A DNA stretch of 64,000 nt from Rebecca billardiae RCC1528 (taxonomy: Eukaryota; Protista; Haptophyta), in NCBI GenBank assembly GCA_965240325.2, contig OZ251235.1, forward strand, positions 1,736,001 through 1,800,000. The letters are read 5' to 3'. Position 1 is the stretch's first letter, and each line of letters starts with the position of its first letter. Below are positions 25,009-37,383 of the stretch, one piece after another. A model generated the notes under the pieces. The model did not search any database, was not told where the DNA came from, and was given only the letters and a program-made list of their open reading frames with translations. The position numbers were made by a program, and so were the translations under genes.

Positions 25009-26075
25009 ATGCTCTGCTGCGCCGCGTCCGGAGCGAGCCGCCATGCAGCCGTCGCCCTGCTCCTCTTCGGGCCCGTCTCGCACCTGCTCGGCGTGCTCAA
25101 GCTCGTCGACGCTGCAGCATGCGGCAGCTGCGACGGAGGTGAGCTGATGTGCAACACGTACACCGCTAGTGACGACCTGTTTGGTGCGGACGACACGGGT
25201 GGCTACACCGGGCGGGATAAGCTCTGGTCGTTTTCGAACACACATGGTGTGGACCTTAAGCTCACGGTCAATACGGAGGGCTCCGTCAACCCGGGCTCGG
25301 GCGGGACGTACGGCGATTCGACCGCGATCTCAATCTACAGCGACGAGGCGCTCACGACGCTGATCGACAGCGATGGCTTGACATGCACATCGAATCCGAC
25401 GATATCCGTATTCTCCAACGCGGGCCTGGCTGTCACCGTCAGCGCGGGAGCTACCGTCTTCGTGCTCATCGACGGCCAGCAAGGTTTTACGCTCGTCCCG
25501 TCTTTCTCCACCATCCAGCTCAACATCTGCTGCTCCGAGACCTCTACTACGCCCACGATCTGCTCGACCAGCTTCAGCAGCGACGATGGCAATGCAAGGA
25601 GGATTTTACTGGCGGTGCGACGAACGATCCTCCCTCGCCACCACCTTCGCCACCGGCGAGCCTGCCGCCGCCCTCGCCTCCACCGAGCCCGCCGCCAGCG
25701 CTCGTCGCAGGGGTGGACTGCGCCTGCATGTCGGATGCCGCCCTGTTCGGATCCGCGCGGCGGGAGCTCGGCATGCTACCGCTCCTCGCCTCAGAGATGG
25801 AGCAGGAGCGGGTGGTGTCTCGCAAGGAAGACCGTGGCCGTGGGCGCTCGCGCGGACGCTCGTCTCCGGCGCCCGCTGGTCTCGGGCGTCGTGGACGGCA
25901 CGACGCAGGCGCTGCTCATCAGCACTCGTCCCCGCCTCCCGCGGCGTTCCGCTGGCCGAAGGCGCGGAGCATCTCGACAGCGGCCGCTGCCGACCAGCCG
26001 CAGCCCACACGGCGGCGCGAGCTCCTTTTCGGGGGCCTGGCGGTGCTTCCACAGTGCCCGGACGCGCTGTGCTGA
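25009..26075 (+). pseudogene. Secreted beta-sandwich (PPC-like) protein with SPPP linker, frameshifted near 25590
   Basis: The signal peptide and Cys/Thr-rich domain lie in the 24880 frame; the continuation CKEDFTGG..PPSPPPSPP..CPDALC lies in the 25383 frame. No intron signal is seen at the switch. Confidence 0.6.
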
Positions 26076-27470
26076 GTCCAATCGCCAGCGGACTCGCTGT
26101 GTGCCTTGCCTTGCTCACGGCAACTGCGCCACCGTCCGGCGGTTGTGTTGTGTGCTCCTGCCAGTGGTGTCTCTCGCTAAGCTACTGCTCTGCCAAGGTG
26201 CTGCGCGCTGGCAGTCGGGCGTTGGCGCAAGAAGCTGTCCGCCGCCTGTTCGTGTGAGGCCGGCTCGACGGGGTGCTGGTCTGCTGAACAAGGTACCCGG
26301 TGACCGCTCCCTCGCCGAATGGCTGATGCTACTGTGGGCCGACGGCGCCCGACGCCCGCAGTGCTGTCCGTGCTACTAGTACTAGTGCTGACATCTGCGG
26401 AGTGACGCACGTGCATGACGCGGAGCCTTGGTTCGCTCGCTGCTAGGCGCCTGGGCAGTGGTCACCCAGCACTTCGGGCGCATTCGTTCGTCGTAGTATC
26501 ATCGTTTCATCGAGTGTCAGACAGGGCGTTGATGACGATAATAATGATAGGCGCGCGTCTCAGTCTAATGAGGTTTGGCCCGCGCACGGCTTGTTTCATT
26601 TCTACCAGATTCCATTGCTGTATACCTCTCACAGCCGATGGCGGCCCCCACGTGCGTGAGGAATGCGATTCGTGCACTCCTCGGTGACCGGTGAGTGCAC
26701 GAATTCGGTTGCGGCGCTCGTCCGCCTCGTCGTCGTCGCACACGAGGTACACCCAACACCATGGGTCGGATCCTAGAACTCTCCGCGCGCTCGCGCCCGC
26801 GCGGCGAGGCACTGGCAGGCGTGTTCTCATCATCTTGGCCGAGACTGCAGCCTGCCAGATGCGCGAGGACGCGTGTGCACGCCTTTCCGCGCGTCATGGG
26901 TGCGTGTAGCACGCACCTTATCGTCATGTCCGCCGAGGAGGCCTCAGCAACCAGCCCACCAACCTGCCGTGACCACGTTCAAATGCAGGCGGCAAGCTGC
27001 ATGCAAGCGCGCGCAACGGAAACATCTCACGCTCGACAAGGAAGTGGCGGCGGAACGAGTGGAGCTGGTGTCGTTTGCAGTCCATCTGTCGTCCAACAGT
27101 ACTGGTTCACCAACTGACACGGGCGGGAAGCAGCCAAGGCAGAGTGCTTGCAGCTCGCAGCGCGACCGCAACTGCGGTTTGCAGCCGCGGCGCGGGGATC
27201 GTCACACCGCCGTGCGCTGCGAGTGACCTCTGTGTCATGGCGAAGCACCATGGCAAGGCTAAGCAGCATGCCTTGGTAACACCTTCCGCTACAGCTCAGC
27301 GCCCTAGTACGAACATGCGCCAACGACGTGCCATCACTCCTCCGAACTCGCGCCGGCACCACCGCCGCCGCCATTAACAACCGCCATCGCCCGCTCCCGC
27401 TTTGGGCTGCGCGCGGCGCATCGGCGCTGCCGCCGCCGGAAGTCGGCCGCGGCGCGGCAGCCGGGGTAGC

Positions 27471-29882
27471 ATGTGGGAAGGGCTGGGCCGCGCGCTGCAC
27501 GTGCACTCGGAGGAGCACTTCCACGCCGAGCTAAAGCGCGCCTTTGGCGTCGTCGCGGCGCACGAGCTCACCGCCGACTTTGGCGAGCTCGACGCGGACG
27601 CGCTGCGCGCTCGCGGCACCGTGTTGGTCGACCGCGGCGCGGGCGTGCGCGTGCGCGTGCACTCGCTGCTCGAGCTGGACGAGGGGCGCGTGTACGTCAC
27701 CTCGCGCGGGAACACGGTCGAGCGCACCTCTGACACGGAGGCGCTGCTCGCCGGCGCCGTCAGCCTGCGCCTCGAGCCGCAGCTGCCGGCGGCCGCGCTC
27801 GTGCGACGCGGCTCGACTCTCTCCGAGGTCGGCGGCGGCGGCGGCAGCTTCGCCTCGGCGGGCGGCGAGCTGGCGCGCGCGGGCTCGCGCGGCGCGACGT
27901 CGGCGCTGGCGGCCGAGGAGGCCGTCGCCGCGCTGCGCGCCGGCCCGTCCCTCTCCGAGCTCTGCGCGCTCCGGCGCGCGCTCGCGCCGCGGCGGTGCAC
28001 GGCGGAGTGGCTGCACGCGTTTCTGTGCGAGCGCGGCGCGCAGGCACTGGTCGAGGTGCTCTCGCGGAACATGCGCGGCGCGGCGGGGGGCGGCGGGCCG
28101 GCGGGCGACCCGGACGGCGAGGAGGCCACCGACGCGCGCGCCGAGACCCTCGCCTGCCTCCACGCCCTCGTCCAGCACCGGCTTGCGCTTGAGGCGCTCG
28201 TGTCGCTGCCGCACGCGACGACGTGCGTCGCGTCCGCTCTGATGGGCACGTCCGACGAGCGCGCGGCGACGCACGGCGCGCGCACGCTGTCGAGGCTGGC
28301 GCTGACGGCGGAGGGCGCGCGCTCCGTGATGGCCGCGTGGAAGGCGCTCTCCGACGCGGGCTCCCTCGGCGCGCACCCCGCCTCGTCGCCGCCCGCGGCC
28401 GCGCGCGCCGCGCCGAGCGCACTGCAGCCATTGGCAGACGCGCTGGAGGGCGCGCGCTACGCGCCGATGCACGCGGCCTGCCTCGCGGCGGCGCTGGGCG
28501 TGCTCACCGCGCCGCTGCCCGCGGCGGAGGCGGCGGAGGTGCGCGCCCACATCGCCCGCGCGCGCCTGCTCCAGATCGCCTGCGCGCTGCCCACCGCCGC
28601 TGAGGACGGCGAAGTGCGCGCGCTTGTGCGCCGACTCAACGACTGCTTAGCGGCGGGCGCGGCCGCGGACGCGGCCGACGCCGCGCTGGCTGGCGCGGGC
28701 GGGGAGAGCGAGGAGGCGGAGCGCGCGGCGCGCGCGGCGCGCGCGGCGGGCGCGGCGCAGGCCGCGCGCGCGCGCGCCATGCTCTCGCTCGACGACGACG
28801 ACGCCGCCGCCGCCGCCGGCACTGGCGCTCACGACGCGGACGGTGTGTCAGCACACGGCCGCGCGCGCGCGCGGCGCGCGCGCGCGCGCGAGTGCGCGCG
28901 CGCGGACGCGAGCGCGCGCGGCGGCGAGGTGGGCGGCGGGTTGGACCTGGCCGAGGGGAGCGGCAGTGACGAGAGCGATGGCTCGAGCGCCGAGAGCAGC
29001 GCCGACACCTCCGCGCGCACGCCGAGGCCCTCCGATGCCGACGAGGCGGCGGCGGAGGCGGCGGAGGCGGCGGCGCGCGGCGCGCGCGGCGGCGCGCTCG
29101 GCGCGCTCGCAGCGACGGCGGAGGAGGACGATGGCGGCTCGCCGCCGCCACTGCTGCACTCGGGCGCGCGCGCGCCACGGCGCGGCGCGTTCGACCCGTC
29201 CGCCGCAACGCGCTGCTTCTGGCGCGCCCTCGACGAGGGCGAGGGCGCCGGCGCGGGCGCGGAGCGGCGCGCGCGGAGGCGCGCGCGCCCCGCCGGCGGT
29301 GGCGGCGGCGCCGGCGGCGCGGACGGTGCGGCGTGGCGCGCGGCGCCCGACGAGAGCTCGGCGTACAAGCACGCGCGCGCCGAGCTGCTGCGCTGCTCCT
29401 CGCGCGCCGCGCTGCCCCTCTTCCGCGGCGACGTCGACCGCTGCCTCCGCGCCCTCGTCGAGGCCGCGGATGACCCTCAGCTGGGGTATACAGTTCGGTT
29501 GCTAGTCGGCGTGACCCCCGAGCCGTCCCAGACGGAAGCCATTGCTGCGCTGCTCCGCGCGTCCGTGCAGCGGGTGAGCGAGGAGGGCGTTGGTGGCGGC
29601 GGTGGTGGAGGGGGCGGGGGCGAGGTCCCGGAGGCGGCGCTGCTGCTGCGCGTGGCCGAGCAGTGGCTGCGCGCCTCGGGCGGCGGCGCGGACGGCGGCG
29701 TCGCGGACGGCGGCGGCGCGGACGGCGGCGGCACGGACGGCGGCGGGGCGGACGGCGGCGGGGCGAATGTCGTCGGCGGAGGTGGCGAGGGCGGCGGCGG
29801 GAGCGGGAGCGGTGGGAGCGGTGGCGGCGGCGGCGGCGGTGGCGGCGGCGCGGCGGCGCTGCGCGCGCCCGCGCCGCCGCCG

Positions 29883-29914
<32 letters not shown>

Positions 29915-31355
29915 GCCCGGCGGCCGCGCCGGCCCGCCGCGCACGCCCAACGGGCCGGGCCCGCCGCCGCCGCCGCCGCCGCCGCCCGGCCAGCGGCAGG
30001 GGCCAGCGCTCAAGCCGCTGCATTGGACCAAGCTCAAGGTGCGCGCAGCGCCAGCCAGCGCGCACGCGCGCACGCGCGCGCCGCCGCAGCGGCCGCGGCC
30101 AACTGTCAGTGCGCACGCCACGGCCCGCGCGCACGCGCCGCACACACACACGCTCGGCCGGCGCGCCGCCTCCGCGCGCGTGCGCGCCGGCAGGAGCGGG
30201 ATGCGGCGACCGCGGCGCTGTGGGCGGAGGCGGCGCGGCTCGGCGGCGCCGTCGACATCGATCTAGAACGCCTCGCTGCGCTCTTCGCCGCGCAGCCGCC
30301 GCCCAGCCGCGCCGGCCGCGCCGCCGCGCCGCCGCGCCGGGCGAGCGCGCGCGCCGCCACGGCCGCCGCGCCCGCCGCCGCCGCCGCCGCGCCCGCCGGC
30401 GCGGCGGGCGGCGCGCCCGCCGTGCCGCAGGTGCGCGTGCTCGACGTGCAGCGCGCGAACAACATCCTGATCTCCCTCGCGCGCGTGCTCCGCCGAACGG
30501 GCTCCGCCGAGGCCGTCGCGCGCGCCGCGCACCGCCTCGACGCGAGCTTGCTGGCCGAGTCTGATGTGCCAGCGCTGGTGAGTGCCCTTCCAACTCGGGA
30601 GGAGCGGGCCAAGCTCGCGCCGCACGCGCGCGACGCGGCGCGGCGCGTGGCGCTCGGCCCGGCGGAGCAGCTGCAGCTGTGCCTGCTCGCGCTCGGCCCG
30701 CGCGCGGCGCCGCGCCTCCGCGCGTACGCCTTTGCCCGGCGCTTCGGCGCGGCGGTGGCCACCCTTCAGGCAACGCTCGCGCTCGTTCGGAACGGCTGCG
30801 CGCAGGTGGCGCGCTCGACGCAGCTGCGCACGGCGCTTGGTGCCGTGCTCACCGTGGGCAACGCGCTCAACCGCGGCACGGCGCGCGGCGGCGCGAGTGC
30901 GTTCGGCCTCGAGGTGCTCAGCCAGCTGATGGCGCTCAAGTCGAGCGGCGGCGGCGGCGGCGGCGGCGGAGGCGGCGGTGTCCCCTCGGCGCGGGCGGCA
31001 CCTACATTGCTTCACTTTGTGGCGGAGTCGCTCAGCGCGGCGGGTGCGCGCACACGGCGCGCGCCCTGGCGGGATCGGGCGTGCGTGCGGGCGCGCGCCG
31101 CCCCGCGGTGCGCGCGCGCTGGGCTCTCACTCACGCCCCAACCCGCCGCCACGCGCCACACACACGCACGCACACACACACGCACACACACACACGCACA
31201 CACGCACACTCGCACACACACACACACACACGCACACGCACACACGCACACACGCACACACGCACACACACACACACACACGCACACTCACACACGCACA
31301 CACACACACACACACACGCACACTCGCACACACACACACACACACGCACACGCGC

Positions 31356-31403
<48 letters not shown>

Positions 31404-32356
31404 TCGCGTGGCCCTTGGCAGGCGTGACGAGCGGCTCGCTGGCTGCGCAGATGCCCGCGCTCGAGTCGTGCGCGCGCGTCGACCTCGCCGAGCTCGCGTC
31501 CGAGCTCGCGCTGATCTCGCGCGAGCTCGAGGACGCGGAGGCGGAGGTGCGAGCGCACGCGGCCGCGACGCAGGCGGCGGGCGCGGCGCAGGCGGCGGGC
31601 GCGCCAGACGCCGCCGCGGCCAGTGCCGCACAGCCCGGCGCGCCTGGCGCGGCGCCGGGGGCGGCGGTCGGCGCGGGCGCGGCCGACGACGCGGACGCTG
31701 CGCCGTTTCCGCCAGCCGTCGAGCTCGACCCTGCGGAGGACGGCTTCCAGTGCGTGATGGGCCCGTTCGTCACGGACGCGCGCGCCTCCGCCGACGCGCT
31801 GCGCGCGCAGCATGACGCCGCGTGTGACGAAGCAACCGCGCTCGTGCGAAGCTTCGGGTACGGCGACGACAAGCCGCTCGCTGAGGTGCTGGCGTTGCTC
31901 GCAGCGTTCAGGGGCGCGCTGCGCCGCGCGGAGCGCGAGAACGAGGCGCGGGGCGCGGAGGCCGCGGCGGAGCGCGACGCGGCCACGCCCGCAACTCGAC
32001 AATCCGCGGCACGCGCGCCGGCGGGGCGCGCGCCGGCTCTGGCTGCCAGGGAGGGCGCGGCGGCGGCCGTCGCGGGCGCGGACGCAGCCAGCGGCGCGCC
32101 GGCTGCCGCGGCAGCGAGCGAGACGTCCACGACCGGCACTGCGGGCGCTCCGACGCGCGCCGTCGCGGACTCGGACGGGCTGATGCCACTCCGCCCGCCA
32201 TCCCAGCCCAAGGGCCCCAAGGCGGACGGCGCGGACGCAAAAGCCGAGGCGAGCCGAGCGCGCGCCGGCGGGACGCTCGCAAAGTCGGTGGGCGAGGGGC
32301 TGCGCAAGAAGCTGTTCAGGAGGCCCAGTGGCGCCGACAGCTCCAGCACGCCATGA
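27471..32356 (+). CDS. Formin (GBD/FH3-like, FH1, FH2)
   Basis: Poly-Pro FH1; FH2 motifs LKPLHWTKL, LDVQRANNILISL, VGNALN.G.ARGGA.AFGL, TLLHFV; introns 30039-30193 and 31044-31421. Confidence 0.92.
31158..31403. repeat. Long (CA)n/(CACG) microsatellite inside formin intron
   Basis: About 245 bp of CA repeats between the GT at 31044 and the AG at 31421. Confidence 0.95.
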
Positions 32357-32595
32357 GCCTGGCGTGCGGCCGTGTGGGCTGCCAGGTTCAAGCACAAACC
32401 GTCACCGTGCCATCGTGATCATCGAGGCGCCCCGGCCGTTTGCCAGAAGCCAGTCCGGTTCTCGCCGCGGCATCTGCAAAGCGGTCCGGACACGTCCTCC
32501 GCTAGACCTGCGCGCCGAGCGGCAGGTGGGCACAGGCGCCCCAACTCAAAACCGGGCCCGCCGCGGTGCGCCCCGGCGTGCGCGCCGCCGGCTCG

Positions 32596-34332
32596 ATGGG
32601 CATCTCGGGCCTGCTTCCCTTCCTCTCGTCGATCGCGGAGGAGACACGGCTGTCGCAGTTCTCCGGGCACACGATCGGCGTCGACGCCTCGTGCTGGCTG
32701 CACCGCGCGCTCTCGACGTGCGCGATCGAGCTCGCGGCCGGCGCCAAGACGGACGCGCACATCCGCTACTGCATGGAGCTCGTGCGCAGGCTGCGCGCGG
32801 ACGGCGTCGAGCCCTTGCTCGTGTTTGATGGCGCTGCCGTCGCGCAGAAGGCCGCGACCAACGAGCAGCGCACCAACGAGCGCAAGGCCGCGCGTCGGAC
32901 GGCGGCGAGCAAGCGCGCAGCGGGCGCGCTCGACGAGGCGGACGCGCTCAGCCGCCGCTCGATCGGCGTGACGCCGGCGATGGTCCGCCGGCTGATCGCG
33001 GCGCTGCGCGGCGCGCGCGTCGAGTTCATCGTCGCGCCGTACGAGGCCGACGCGCAGCTCGCCCACCTCGCGCGCGCGGGCCGCGTGTGCGCCGTTCTGA
33101 CCGAAGACTCAGACCTGCTAGCGTACGGCTGTCCGCGCACGCTCTTCAAGTGGAGCGCGCGCGCGGGCGGCAGCGCGGAGCTGATCGCGCTGGACGACCT
33201 GGCGAGCGCCGAGTGCCCCAAGCGCGGCGGCCACCTCTTCGCCGGCGCGTGGCACCGCGAGCCCGAAGACTGGGCGGGCGGGCTGTTTCTAGACATGTGC
33301 GTGATGGCCGGCTGCGACTATTTGCCGTCGCTGCCGTCGGTCGGGATCCGCACGGCGCACGCGCTGCTGCGCGAGCACCGCGCGGTCGGGCCGGCGGTGC
33401 GCGCGCGGCTTGCGGCCGCCGAGGCGGACGCGTACCTCGGCCGCTTTGCGCGCGTGCGCGACATCTTTGCGCACCAGCTCGTGTGGACGGGCTCGGAGGT
33501 GGCGCCTCTCGCGCCGCTGCCGGCCGGTGCGCGCCTCTCCGCCCTGCCGCACGTCGGCCTCGTCCTCTCCGCCGAGCTCGCGTGGCGGGTGTGCGTGGAG
33601 GCGAGCGTGGACGCGCGCACGCTCGAGGACGTGGCTCCCGACGAGGACGACGACGAGGAGGAGGACGGACGCGCCGGCGGGGCACCCGCCGAGTCTGACG
33701 CTCGAGCTATCGCACAGCCGCCGCCGCCACGAGGCGCGGCGCACGCCGCGCTGCAGCCGCCGCCGGCGCGGCCGCAGCGGGACCCGTTCGCGCGCCCAGC
33801 ATTGCCTGCTGCCCGCGCACCGCTCGCGCTCCCGCCGGGCCTCCCGCGCGCGCTGCCCCCCGCTCTGCCGCCGCCGCCCGCAGCGGACGTCCCGCCCGCT
33901 GCCGCGCGAGAGCCGCACGTCGACGACGCCGGGCGCGCGTCAAAATATTTCGCCAGCAGCGCTGCGCATGCGCGGGCGGGCGCAGACCCTGCGGCGCGCG
34001 GCGCGGGCGACGGCGCGGCGAGCACGCCGCGCACGCGCGCGCACGCGCGCTCGCCGAACGGCTCGGGATCCGCGCGCCGCACGGCATCGGCCGCCGTGCG
34101 CACGCACCGCTGGGAGGCGGGCGCAGCGCGCGTCGGGCTGCCGCCCGAGAGCCCGCCAGTCCTCGACCGCTCGGTGCTCTCAGCCATCGACCGCCTCTGC
34201 CCGCTGAGTTCGTCGCCGACGGCCAAGAAGCGCGCGAGGACCGCGGCGGCCGCGCCTGCCGGCACTCAGGGCAAGGCGGCGACGGCAGCCAGGCCCGCAG
34301 GCAGCAGCAGCCGCGCTAGGCATCTGCTGTGA
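32596..34332 (+). CDS. EXO1: Exonuclease 1 (XPG/Rad2 family)
   Basis: MGISGLLPFL, IGVDASCWLHR, VAPYEADAQLA, TEDSDLL, GCDYLPSL; C-terminal SKYF motif. Confidence 0.96.
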   Translation: MGISGLLPFLSSIAEETRLSQFSGHTIGVDASCWLHRALSTCAIELAAGAKTDAHIRYCMELVRRLRADGVEPLLVFDGAAVAQKAATNEQRTNERKAARRTAASKRAAGALDEADALSRRSIGVTPAMVRRLIAALRGARVEFIVAPYEADAQLAHLARAGRVCAVLTEDSDLLAYGCPRTLFKWSARAGGSAELIALDDLASAECPKRGGHLFAGAWHREPEDWAGGLFLDMCVMAGCDYLPSLPSVGIRTAHALLREHRAVGPAVRARLAAAEADAYLGRFARVRDIFAHQLVWTGSEVAPLAPLPAGARLSALPHVGLVLSAELAWRVCVEASVDARTLEDVAPDEDDDEEEDGRAGGAPAESDARAIAQPPPPRGAAHAALQPPPARPQRDPFARPALPAARAPLALPPGLPRALPPALPPPPAADVPPAAAREPHVDDAGRASKYFASSAAHARAGADPAARGAGDGAASTPRTRAHARSPNGSGSARRTASAAVRTHRWEAGAARVGLPPESPPVLDRSVLSAIDRLCPLSSSPTAKKRARTAAAAPAGTQGKAATAARPAGSSSRARHLL

Positions 34333-37154
34333 TCGGAGCAGCAGCAGACGAATGATCCAGGTTATTACTACTAGCTGCTAAGAACGCGTGGCTCAGGCTC
34401 CGCGGCGCCAGCCTTGTGAGCCTGCAGCCCGCTGCAGTGAGTCGCTCGGAGTGACTCACAGCATGAGTATTGAGTGACCGCACTGGCCCAGACTCACTGG
34501 CCGCGCAGCACCCCGAGCAGCCTACTATATCTAGTATACTACGACCCTTGACCCTTCGCGCCCATCATCCTGACAGGCTGACTCTGACACTGATGCTGAT
34601 ATACGATGACTGATTATGGCCCGCGGTGTAGGGCGGAGCGCGTAGCGTTGAGCCCCGCCGGGGGCTCTCACTACGTTGTCAAAAAGATCTTTTGATCAAA
34701 GAAAAGGGGTGACGGGGGACGATTTTGAGGGCTGTTGGAGCAGGTGAGTTAATTAGTTCGCTTTTTCGAGGGGTACATTGGCGCCCATTGCTCTCCATCC
34801 GGCGAGCAAGACGCGGACCAGTTGCACGCGTGAGCGCCGAAAAAACGACACTTTTGCAGCTTGATAGTCACAGTCGCCCCCGGCGGGCATGCCGCTGCCG
34901 CCGGCGGCGGCGGTAGCGGGAGCGTGGCAGCGATCTACCACCTTCCGCGTTACACGCTGCGCCGCGCGCGCCAGGTGGCAGGTGCCCCCGGTCCGCCTCG
35001 CGGAAGGCAGCGCGGTCGGCGAGCGCAGAGGTGAGAAGCCAGCGCGCGTCGTGAGAGCTTCAGCAGCTTGCCCGTGCTTCACGGAGGGTTGCGCAAACCG
35101 CACCCTGCGCAAACCGCACGCTGACGCTGCCGGCGCGCGCGCGGCGTGGCTTCTTGGTGGGCACCTGCCCTGGGTTTTTCCGTTCGTAGTTCTCAGCGAC
35201 GGTTGGGCCGATTGACAAGCCGATTGGATTGGGCATTGCGAATCGGCTTCGCAATGCCCCATTCCGCTCGGATCGGCGCGGACGTCAGCCATGCGGCAGC
35301 GCTAGCGGAAAAACCGAGATTTCATAATCATACGCATCGGTCGTTTTTTCATACGCTCACGGTTACTCACCCGTGCAACGGGTCCGCGATTGACGAAATA
35401 GCCGCGCCCGCTCCAATTCCTGTATCTACGGACGGACGTGAGCCTGTGGACGTGCATTTGTCAGTATATCTGGGTAGTGAACGAATATCTAGCTGCGATT
35501 TGTTGTATAAATATTCATACGGAACAAAACTTGGTCGCCAGTCAGGGACCAACCGGACCCAGGGCCGGACGTGCTTTTTAAAAGTGCATGTGCACGGGGG
35601 TCCTACAGTAGCAGGGTATTCTACCACTGAGGGGATTCCCGTTCAATCTTCTGCGACGATACGGTTGAACGTGCATGGTCGTAAATGGACATGGTTCCCG
35701 CGGAAGCCACTAGAGGGCGCACTGCAGACAAATTAGATGATCACTCCGTAGGACCGTATTCGTGACGAATATACAGCAGACGAAATTGCACTATGGGGCA
35801 AGGCCCTTGTCGACGACTCGCGCCGGTACGCGCCGGCGCGCGCCGCGACGTGGAGCCCTTGACTCGGACCGGGGACCGTGCGTGCGCGTGCCGCCGCAGT
35901 ACGCCGCGGTGCGCGAGGTGGTGGCGGGGGCCGGCCGGCCGCTGCCTCTCGCCCTCGCACTCTGCTCTCCCCGAGCGCGCCTGTCGCCTCGTAGGCCCCG
36001 CGTCTACTCCGTCTCGCCCGGCCCTCGCGCTCCGCTATCACCGAGCGCGCCCACCGGTCTGTCGTCTTGCCGGGCCGCGTGGCCGAGTCACGCCGGGTCG
36101 GCGCGCGCGCCCAACCAACAACTTGCCCGCGGGCGCGTTCGTCGCTCGAGGAGGGAGTGCGCAAGGGCGAGCCGAGTCAGGAGCACTACGCGAGCTCGTC
36201 GCTTGAGGAATGAGGACGGGAGCGCGCCGCGACGGCACGCCGCAGCGGAGATGAGCCGGATGCGCCCGGAGCTAGCGCGGCTGAAGGGTGAGCTCGAGCT
36301 CGCGAGCTCGCTCCTCGCTCGACGCCGAGCGCGAGCTCCTCCTCAGTCTCAACTCGGTCGTCGACCGCGCCGGAGGTGCAGCAGCAGCAACTCGGCGAGC
36401 ACGCACGGCCACGGGCTGCCGATTGTCAGCCTGCCGCGCTGGCTGGCCGCCGCCGTGGCTTCGAGGCCGACGCGGCGGACGAGGAGGCGGCGGGCGAGCA
36501 CGGCGGCGCGGTGGAGCAGGCGCGCACGCGCGGCGGCAGGCGCGACGCGCCGCTCGCCTCGTTCCACTCCGAGCTCCGCTCGGTCTCGCCTCTGGCGATC
36601 GGTGCGCGGCTGCGCAGCGCAGGCCGGGGCAGCAGTGCCCGCTGGCAGTGGCGCGCGCTCTCGCTCTGCCGGCACGAGGCGCGCCGGCTGAGCGACCAGC
36701 GGCCCGTCGTCGAGCGCATCAGCGCATGCGGCGCAGCGCGAGCACTCCTCCGCCAAGCAGGTGCGCCCGCACGCCCGCACGCGCCGGCCCGCGCCGCGCG
36801 GCGCCTCTCGCCCTGCGCGCGCGCGCCGCCCCGGCGGCCGCGCTTCCCGCCGCGCGGCACGCGGCGACAGTCCTCGGCCCACCATGTCAGTCAGACTGAT
36901 CGACAGCAGCCCGACGGAGGTTGCACCGCCGCACCGCGGGCCCCTAACTACGTTGGTTCTACGGAAGGACCGCGGAACGCGGTCATTAGTAGATAGACCT
37001 ACCGTGCTCGGGCCGACTGATTCACTGAGTGCTCCAACGAAGAGCGATGGCGGTAAGCACTTTACGGTTTACGGAGGTCGGAGCTGGGGGGTGGACCGCC
37101 GCGCCACTGGACCGCGGAGCCGGACGCCGGGACGGCCTGCGGCGTGCCGTGCCA

Positions 37155-37175
37155 GTGTGTGTGTGTGTGTGTGTG

Positions 37176-37220
<45 letters not shown>
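37155..37220. repeat. (GT)n microsatellite
   Basis: Direct observation. Confidence 0.95.
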
Positions 37221-37221
<1 letters not shown>

Positions 37222-37249
37222 TACTGATGATTATCGGTAGCAGTCGTCA

Positions 37250-37383
37250 ATCCAGCCAACGCGCTGGACCGCTGGCGGCGGCGCGCGCCTTGCGCTGCCG
37301 AGCTTCGCGCTCAAAGATCCAGCCAACGCGCTGGACCGCTGGCGGCGGCGCGCGCCTTGCGCTGCCGAGCTTCGCGCTCAAAG
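37250..37383. repeat. 67-bp tandem duplication over the GST 3' end
   Basis: ATCCAGCC...GCTCAAAG at 37250-37316 and 37317-37383. Confidence 0.95.

Noticed and set aside
31158-31403. His-Thr repeat domain in the formin ORF
   Set aside because: Translation of an intronic CA microsatellite bounded by GT/AG.
4561-34332. FEN1 and EXO1 as a DNA-repair gene cluster
   Set aside because: Ancient paralogs about 27 kb apart with unrelated genes between them; likely chance.
35760-36900. Possible degraded gene fragments
   Set aside because: Coding-like patches switch frames and show no recognisable motif; cannot be supported.
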